Source: Phycisphaerales bacterium
GTDB lineage: Bacteria > Planctomycetota > Phycisphaerae > Phycisphaerales > UBA1924
Direction of reading: 5' to 3'
Assembly (NCBI GenBank): GCA_965228605.1
Contig: OZ245825.1
Span: forward strand, 735,621 to 799,620
Length of the DNA stretch: 64,000 bases
The notes beneath the pieces were generated by a model, which searched no databases, was not told the DNA's origin, and was given only the letters and a program-made list of their open reading frames with translations. The translations under genes were made by a program, and so were the position numbers. This document shows, one piece after another, positions 57,907-64,000 of the stretch (positions are counted from its first letter, which is position 1; every line of letters starts with the position of its first letter).

Positions 57907-59616
57907 ATGAGCAGCGACGTTCGGTTGTCTGATGCGCTCACGCTCGACCCGGAGAAGCTCGCCACCACGCGGGCGCTGATCCAGGCGTCGTCGGGCGGGG
58001 GCAAGAGCTACCTGCTGCGGCTCATCGTCGAGCAGTGCGCCGATGCGATGCCCGTCATCGTCATCGACCCCGAGGGCGAGCTGCACACGATGCGGGAGGT
58101 CGTCAGCATGATCCTGGTCGGCGGCGGCGGCGAGGTGCCCTGCACGGTCGCGTCGGCGGGCAAGGTCGCCCGCTCGCTGCTCGAGCACCAGGCGTCGGCG
58201 ATCGTGGACCTGTCGGACCTGCACCACAGGCACCACGCCGAGTACGTCGCGTCGTTCGTCGCCGCGCTGATGAGCGCCCCGCGGCGGCTGTGGAGGAAGA
58301 CGCTGGTCTGCATCGACGAGGCCCACCGGGTGTGCCCAGAGGGGGCGGCGGTGGACTCGTCGGACGCGGTGATGGACCTGATGAGCCGGGGCCGCAAGCG
58401 CGGGTACGGCGGCGTGCTGCTCACGCAGCGGCTCTCGAAGCTCTCGAAGAACGCCGCGGCCGAGGCGGCGAACCAGTTCGTGGGCTACATGAACCTCGAC
58501 GCGGATGTGAAGCGGGCCGCCGACACGCTGGGCATCACCAAGGCCGAGGCGGGCGAGCTGCGGAAGCTCGCGCCCGGCGAGTGGTTCGGGTACGGGCCCG
58601 CGCTGAGCGAGCGCGGCGTCGTGCGGTTCAACGCCGACGAGCCGCAGACCACGCCGCCCGATGGCGCCCAGTCGGCGGCGCCTCGTGTGAAGCACGGCGC
58701 GGCGGTCGCCCAGCTCGCGGCGGCGGTGGCTGAGGCGGCGGAGGACACCACGCCGGTGAGCCTGGAAGAGGCCGAGCAGCGGGTGCGCGAGCTGGAGGTG
58801 GAGCTGCGGCGGGTGAAGGCGGCGGCGCCGCCCACAGCGCCCTCGGGCATGAGCGATGCTGAGCACGAGCGGTGCGTGCAGGCGGCGGTGCGCGCTGCGG
58901 TGGAGAAGCGGGATGCCGAGTGGTCGCAGCGGCTCGCGGGTGTGCAGATGAAGGTGCCCAGGCTTGTGTCGTCGCTGCGCGAGACGGTCGATGGCGTTGA
59001 GGCGGTGAGCTCGACGCTCGCGGGCCTCGCGCCTGCGCCGCTGAACGGCTCGGCGTATGTGGCGACGCCGATTCCGAGGCGTGAGGGTCGATCTGAAACG
59101 TCTCAGAAAGAAACGAGGCCGGAAGTTGCCATCGGCGGAGGCGGTCTGACCGGTCCGGAGCTGCGAGTGCTGAGGTCGTCCGACTGGTGGTCGTCGATCG
59201 GGGTGGCCCAGCCAAGCCGGGTGCAGCTCGCGATCGTCGCCGGGTATCACGAGCGGACCAAGAGCTTCACGAATGCACTCGGGTCGTTGCGATCGAAGGG
59301 GTTCATGGAGGGGGACCGCATGACCTGTGAGGGCGCGCAGGCTCTCGGTGCGCCGAGTCACGACCCGCCGACGATGGCGGCGTTCCACGAGATGATCCGG
59401 GGGCAGCTCCGGGGCGTGGTGCTGCGGGTGTTCGATGCGGTGCTGGCGCGTGGCGGTCGGGTCGGGCGTGCCGAGCTGGCTGAGGCGCTTGACTACCACG
59501 AGCGGACCAAGAGCTTCACGAACGCGCTGGGGCGGCTGCGGACGTTCGGGCTGATCGACTACGAGCAGGGGGACATCGTGGCGACGGGGCTGGTGTACCC
59601 CGAGGCGCTGGTATGA
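57907..59616 (+). CDS. P-loop ATPase (HerA/FtsK/DUF87-like) with duplicated C-terminal winged-helix-like repeats. Prophage/mobile-element associated.
   Basis: Walker A SSGGGKSYLLR, Walker B VCIDEAHRV. C-terminal tandem repeat YHERTKSFTNALG(S/R)LR…. Confidence 0.6.
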   Translation: MSSDVRLSDALTLDPEKLATTRALIQASSGGGKSYLLRLIVEQCADAMPVIVIDPEGELHTMREVVSMILVGGGGEVPCTVASAGKVARSLLEHQASAIVDLSDLHHRHHAEYVASFVAALMSAPRRLWRKTLVCIDEAHRVCPEGAAVDSSDAVMDLMSRGRKRGYGGVLLTQRLSKLSKNAAAEAANQFVGYMNLDADVKRAADTLGITKAEAGELRKLAPGEWFGYGPALSERGVVRFNADEPQTTPPDGAQSAAPRVKHGAAVAQLAAAVAEAAEDTTPVSLEEAEQRVRELEVELRRVKAAAPPTAPSGMSDAEHERCVQAAVRAAVEKRDAEWSQRLAGVQMKVPRLVSSLRETVDGVEAVSSTLAGLAPAPLNGSAYVATPIPRREGRSETSQKETRPEVAIGGGGLTGPELRVLRSSDWWSSIGVAQPSRVQLAIVAGYHERTKSFTNALGSLRSKGFMEGDRMTCEGAQALGAPSHDPPTMAAFHEMIRGQLRGVVLRVFDAVLARGGRVGRAELAEALDYHERTKSFTNALGRLRTFGLIDYEQGDIVATGLVYPEALV

Positions 59617-59658
59617 TCTGGGTGGGTGTGTCTCGATTGTCCACAAGGAGGTATGAGA

Positions 59659-59829
59659 ATGGCGGAGCGCGAGCCCAGTGCGACCTATCACGACACGTTG
59701 AACGCGATCGAGCGGATCGGGAAGATCGCAAACCGCGACAGGGCGACGGCTGAGGCGCTGTGCCTGATCGCCGAGCAGCAGGCGCGGATCGCCGATGCGC
59801 TGGAGCGGCTTGCTGACCGAGAGGGGTAG
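59659..59829 (+). CDS. Small hypothetical protein (phage-like)
   Basis: RBS AAGGAGG 7 nt upstream of ATG 59659. Confidence 0.4.
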   Translation: MAEREPSATYHDTLNAIERIGKIANRDRATAEALCLIAEQQARIADALERLADREG

Positions 59830-60128
59830 GTCCGTCTCCGGCGGGGGTGGCGGGGGCGATGGTCGGGGAGCCGGTCGAGACGGCGAGCGAGGACGAGGCG
59901 CGGGCCGCCCACGGCGGATAGACACCTCAGTACGCTGATCGGTCGACTCGCGCGTAGTGGATAAGTCGATCCCGAGTTGACGACCATCACCGCGCGGTTA
60001 GTCTTCTCGTGTTCGCAACACGTCGCCCCGTTCCGGCCTGATGGAGGTTTTTCCATGCAGGCTTGTGTTCGTTGTCACGTTCCCCACAACCTGAGCCGCG
60101 CTGAACCGGCCGAGCCCAGCCGGGGGGT

Positions 60129-60320
60129 GTGCACATGACCGATGGCATGAGGACCTCCGAGTTCTGGGTCTCGCTCGTTGTGATCGTCGGCGGCACCGTG
60201 CTCGCTGCGATCGGGAAGCTCACACCTGAATGGACCGCACTCGCCACCGGCACCACCGGTGCGTACGCGGTCGCGCGCGGCCTCGCCAAGCGGGGCCAGA
60301 AGGAGAACGGCTCGCTATGA
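60129..60320 (+). CDS. Small membrane protein (holin-like)
   Basis: 63 aa, one or two TM helices. Overlaps the downstream lipoprotein gene start. Confidence 0.4.
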   Translation: MHMTDGMRTSEFWVSLVVIVGGTVLAAIGKLTPEWTALATGTTGAYAVARGLAKRGQKENGSL

Positions 60321-60877
60321 CGACTCTCTCACGCATCGCCCTCGTTGCCCTGACTGCTCTGCTGATGGTTGGATGCACCACGCAGAGCCCACCGCCCAAC
60401 ATCGCGAATGCCGGCGTCACGGTGGACGGGGTCACCCAGGAGACACTCGTCGATGACGGCGAGGTCCTGACGTTCACCGGTCTGCAGACCAACTACTACG
60501 ACTCGACCGCCGAAGGCACGTACATGCTGAACAACGTGCCGAACAAGATCACCGAGGTGAACTACGGCGGCGCCCAACTCCGCCATGGCGGACCCGAGGA
60601 CCTCACGATCGAGGACATGAAGATCACGTTCGCTGATGGGACCGTGATCGACATCGGCACGGTGTCGACGCTGACCACGACACTGATCGAGGCCAATGCT
60701 GCGTTGGTCACCGAGCTGGTCGGCGGCCAGGTGGACCTGGCGAACTCCGAGGCCGTCAAGGGATGGGTGCAGGCGAAGCTCGCCGAGGGCGAGCGCTTCG
60801 AGAACATCGCGTCTGCACTGGGGTCGCTGGGCCTGGACATCGCGACGCTGTTCGCACCAGTGCCTGTACCGCAGTAG
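60318..60877 (+). CDS. Lipoprotein of unknown function
   Basis: Lipobox LLMVGC. Thr-rich beta-rich body. Confidence 0.55.
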
Positions 60878-60894
60878 CCGCACCCATCAAACGC

Positions 60895-60995
60895 GGTTGT
60901 TAGGTCTTTCGTTTCGACACCTGGATGCCGAACGAAACGGGCCTGAGAGCCCGCAATCCGAGATTGCAACCCGTTCAATGTCCTAACACGGGTCC
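60895..60995 (+). ncRNA. Structured non-coding element (nested hairpins, lower GC) immediately upstream of the terminase gene. Possible pac/cos region or small RNA.
   Basis: Long-range stem GTTAGG…CCTAAC enclosing hairpins CGTTTCG…CGAAACG, GGGC-CTGAGA-GCCC and GCAAT-CCGAG-ATTGC. No ORF. Confidence 0.35.
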
Positions 60996-61102
60996 TTCCG
61001 GGACACGTACCCCTTTGCCATACCTAACGGAGCAGTCGGAAATGCCAACTGACTTTCTTTCCTTTCAGGAACAGATGAAATCGGGCTAACGAGGGGCGTG
61101 GT

Positions 61103-63178
61103 TTGGCCAAGCGGTCCCCGGCGGCGGAGGCGTACGAGGCGCACAAGGAGCGCGCCGCCGGGCGTCAGGCATCTCAGAGTGCCGCGGGGCGGGACATCGG
61201 CGACATCCCCAAGGTCGCCGATGCCCGCCGCAAGAGCAGGTGCAGGCGGAGCTTCAAGCTCTTCTGCGAAACGTACTTCCCAGAGGTCTTCAACAAGCCA
61301 TGGTCACCCGACCACCTGAAGGTCATCAAGAAGATCGAACTCGCGGTGCTCCGTGGCGAGCTGTTCGCTGTGGCGATGCCGCGCGGCTCGGGCAAGACCA
61401 GCCTCTGCGAGGTCGCGGTGATCTGGGCGGTGCTCTACGGGCATCGGGTGTTCGTGGTGCTGATCGGCGCGACTCAGACCGCTGCGCAGGAGTCGCTCGA
61501 CTCGATCAAAACCGAGATCGAGACGAACGAGCTCCTCGGGGCCGACTTCCCGGAGGTCTGCTACCCGGTCCAGCAGCTCGACGGCATCAACCAGCGGGCA
61601 GCGGGTCAGCTCTGCAAGGGCCAGCGCACGGCGATCGAGTGGACCAACGAGAAGGTCGTGCTCCCGACCGTGAAGGGCAGCAAGGCGTCGGGCGCAGTCG
61701 TGAGGGTCGCAGGCCTGACCGGTGGCATCCGCGGCATGAAGCACAAGACCCGGGACGGCCGGTCGATTCGCCCGGACCTGGTCCTCATCGACGACCCGCA
61801 GACCGACGAGAGCGCCCACTCTCCGACCCAATGCGACACGCGCCATCGCCTCCTGATGGGCGCGGTGTTGGGCCTGGCGGGGCCGGGCAAGCAGATCGCG
61901 GGACTGATGCCCTGCACCGTGGTGCGGGAGGGGGACCTGGCCGACAGGATCCTCGACGTCGAGAAGCACCCCGAGTGGCACGGGGAGCGGACCAAGCTGA
62001 TGTACGAGATGCCGAAGGACACGGCGCTCTGGGACGAGTACGCCGAAGTCCTGAAGGCGAGTATGCGCCGCGGCGAGGACATGAGCGAGGCGACCGAGTT
62101 CTACGAGGTCCGGCGCGCGAAGATGGACGCGGGCGCCGTCGCGGCGTGGGAGCACCGCTTCGACGCGGAGCGCGAGGCGTCGGCGATCCAGCACGCGATG
62201 AACCTGCTGATCACGCGCGGCGAGGAGGCGTTCTGGGCGGAGTATCAGAACCAGCCGCTGAAGCCGGACGACTCCCCGGACCTGCTGACCGCGGATCAGA
62301 TCGCCTCGAAGACCAACGGGCATGCGAGGAGGCGCGCGCCAATCTGGGCGGAGCACCTGACGGCGTTCATCGACGTCCAGGGCGACGTCCTCTTCTACGT
62401 GGTGACCGCGTGGGGGAAGAACTTCACGGGCGCGATCGTCGACTACGGCTCGGAGCCCGACCAGGGTGTGCCCTACTTCACGATCCGGAAGCTCCGCAAG
62501 GGCCTCAAGCGCGCGGCGCCGAAGGGCAGCGGCATGGAGGCCGCAATCTACGCGGGCCTCGAGCGTCTGGTCGAGCGGCTGATGTTGACAGCGTGGGAGC
62601 GGGACGACGGGGCCCCGATGCACATCGAGCGGATGGGCATCGACTCGGCGTGGGGCAAGACCCAGAGCCTGGTCTTCCAGTTCTGCAGGCAGAGCACGCA
62701 CTCCCGAGTGCTAATCCCGACGCGTGGGCAGTTCTACGGCGCCTCGAGCATGCCGTTCAACGAGTACCGGGCGAAGGCCGGCGACCGGATCGGGCATCAC
62801 TGGCGCGTGCCATCGGTGACCAACCGCGCGATCACACGGCGCCTCGACTACGACACGAACTACTGGAAGAGCTTCCTGCACGAGCGGCTGCGTGTCGGGA
62901 TGGGCGACCCGGGGTGCCTGTCGCTCTACGGCGACGACCCCCAGCGACACCGGATGCTCGCAGACCATCTGCTCTCCGAGCGACCGTACCGGGTGACGGG
63001 ACGCGGGCAGGTTGTGGACGAGTGGAAGGGTCAGCCGGGACTGGAAAATCACTTGTTCGACGGGGCCACGGGCTGCTGTGTGCTCGGGTCGATGCTCGGG
63101 TGCGAGCTGGCGGGGGTGGCCAACGCGCCGAAGAAGCGACGCGTTCGCTTGTCGGAGAAGCAGAGGGCGCGCCGGTGA
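61103..63178 (+). CDS. Phage terminase large subunit (ATPase plus nuclease)
   Basis: Walker A MPRGSGKT, Walker B LVLIDDPQTDE. C-terminal RNaseH-like nuclease region. 691 aa. Confidence 0.8.
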   Translation: MAKRSPAAEAYEAHKERAAGRQASQSAAGRDIGDIPKVADARRKSRCRRSFKLFCETYFPEVFNKPWSPDHLKVIKKIELAVLRGELFAVAMPRGSGKTSLCEVAVIWAVLYGHRVFVVLIGATQTAAQESLDSIKTEIETNELLGADFPEVCYPVQQLDGINQRAAGQLCKGQRTAIEWTNEKVVLPTVKGSKASGAVVRVAGLTGGIRGMKHKTRDGRSIRPDLVLIDDPQTDESAHSPTQCDTRHRLLMGAVLGLAGPGKQIAGLMPCTVVREGDLADRILDVEKHPEWHGERTKLMYEMPKDTALWDEYAEVLKASMRRGEDMSEATEFYEVRRAKMDAGAVAAWEHRFDAEREASAIQHAMNLLITRGEEAFWAEYQNQPLKPDDSPDLLTADQIASKTNGHARRRAPIWAEHLTAFIDVQGDVLFYVVTAWGKNFTGAIVDYGSEPDQGVPYFTIRKLRKGLKRAAPKGSGMEAAIYAGLERLVERLMLTAWERDDGAPMHIERMGIDSAWGKTQSLVFQFCRQSTHSRVLIPTRGQFYGASSMPFNEYRAKAGDRIGHHWRVPSVTNRAITRRLDYDTNYWKSFLHERLRVGMGDPGCLSLYGDDPQRHRMLADHLLSERPYRVTGRGQVVDEWKGQPGLENHLFDGATGCCVLGSMLGCELAGVANAPKKRRVRLSEKQRARR

Positions 63179-63206
63179 GCGCGGGGGAGGCCTATGCGTG
63201 ATCGCG

Positions 63207-63401
63207 ATGGCGGGACGGACCCCTTCAGATCCCGAGCGCGACGATGCCCATCGCGCGATTCGATGCCCGAAGTGCGGGTGTGGTCACTTCAAGGTCGTCT
63301 ACACGCGGCATGTCGGCAAAACGGTCCGACGTCGGAAGGAGTGCAGGTATTGCGGGCATCGCCTGACAACCTCCGAGAGGAGTCTCGGTGCCGGCACGTG
63401 A
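63207..63401 (+). CDS. Small zinc-ribbon protein (C4: CPKCG…CRYCG)
   Basis: 64-aa ORF with two CxxC pairs, directly downstream of the terminase. Confidence 0.45.
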   Translation: MAGRTPSDPERDDAHRAIRCPKCGCGHFKVVYTRHVGKTVRRRKECRYCGHRLTTSERSLGAGT

Positions 63402-63548
63402 CCCCTCTCGCCCTAGGGGGCGTGGGGTGGCCTTGAGGCGGATCGATTGGCGCGGCAGCGCCGCTCCATGGACCGCTCTCACGTCGAGATGACGTTGGAG
63501 CGGCTTCACAACTTTGGGCCATGAACGCCCAGAAAGGAGAGTGCATCC

Positions 63549-64000
63549 ATGATGCACCGATCTGTCATCGGACTATTGGGTCTGCTCTGTGTGTCCGTCG
63601 CCTCCGCACCAGGCCAGAGTCAGCCTCTGGAGGAGCAGCCACCGTGCTGCCAGTCGCTCTGCGGCGTTGGTACGGCCTCTGAGTTCTTTGATCGCGGCGA
63701 CGTCACTGTGCGCGTCACGGTGACGTCGTACCGGGACGTGCGGGCGGAGCTCTGCGTCGCCTATCTGGATTGCTCACAGCTCGAGTGCTGGGAGAAGGAC
63801 TTCGCCCTTCAGACGACCCCGCTTCAGACCGAGACCAAGACCCACACGCTGTCGCAGTGGTTCTGCGGGGACCTCGACTTCGATCTGGCCTACGACCTCC
63901 GCGTCTCGAACTACCCGATGTCGTGGGGCGACCTGGGATGGATGGAACTGAACTCGCTCTCCTGCTTCTCCGGAGACGACACCTACGACCGCCAAGCTGC
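63549..64000 (+). CDS. Secreted Cys-rich protein, 3'-truncated by the window edge. Noticeably lower GC than the rest of the window.
   Basis: ATG 63549 (MMHRSVIGLLGLLCVSVASA signal peptide). The open frame continues to position 64000. The codon usage is AT-richer. Confidence 0.5.
   Translation, partial: MMHRSVIGLLGLLCVSVASAPGQSQPLEEQPPCCQSLCGVGTASEFFDRGDVTVRVTVTSYRDVRAELCVAYLDCSQLECWEKDFALQTTPLQTETKTHTLSQWFCGDLDFDLAYDLRVSNYPMSWGDLGWMELNSLSCFSGDDTYDRQA

Noticed and set aside
57868-59925. 685-aa minus-strand ORF opposite the ATPase gene
   Set aside because: Arg/Pro/His-rich with no motifs. The plus-strand ATPase has Walker A/B and an RBS-supported start.

Overview
This is a high-GC (about 70%) bacterial chromosomal window. 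The GC content and the PEP-CTERM (VPTPG variant) secreted proteins suggest a Planctomycetota-like organism.

The left third (1-28.4 kb) is mostly housekeeping. It holds a bioY fragment and a cytochrome-oxidase biogenesis operon (ctaB, an ABC ATPase, an ABC-2 permease, SCO1). Two PEP-CTERM proteins flank a tRNA-Arg. The rest is queD, a phosphohexomutase, tRNA-Leu, a frameshifted beta-helix protein, pyrG, an M1 aminopeptidase, ychF, an MBL hydrolase, cardiolipin synthase and a lipoprotein cluster. Also in this stretch is a solo OLD-family (ABC-ATPase plus Toprim) nuclease gene with a 21-bp iteron-like array upstream.

The middle (29.1-35.0 kb) is the most unusual part. It is a co-oriented accessory tRNA array of about 18 tRNA or tRNA-like genes. 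Many have non-canonical features: non-G1 acceptors, C33 anticodon loops, a class-I-shaped tRNA with a CAG anticodon, and degenerate tRNA fragments. Protein genes are interleaved with them: a small ORF, an SPFH/band-7 protein, and a PcfJ-like gene broken at a poly-G tract. The spacers carry tandem 8-bp (TCCGTCTC)n repeats. The same 8-mer, inverted, forms an in-frame insertion inside mutS at 54.2 kb.

The right part continues with a regulatory island (universal stress protein, permease, HTH, Fur, ECF sigma), then an NrdJ-like C-terminal fragment and a second 21-bp palindromic tandem array of about 15 copies. Four paralogous membrane proteins share a CxxC-x-Y-[DE]-L ... CPECG zinc-ribbon module. 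znuA, tRNA-Ala and mutS are also here. From about 57.7 kb to the window end there is a prophage-like segment. It begins at a 3' remnant of tRNA-Gly(CCC), a putative att site. It contains an AAA ATPase, a holin-like protein, a structured non-coding element and a terminase large subunit. It ends with a lower-GC secreted-protein gene truncated by the window edge.
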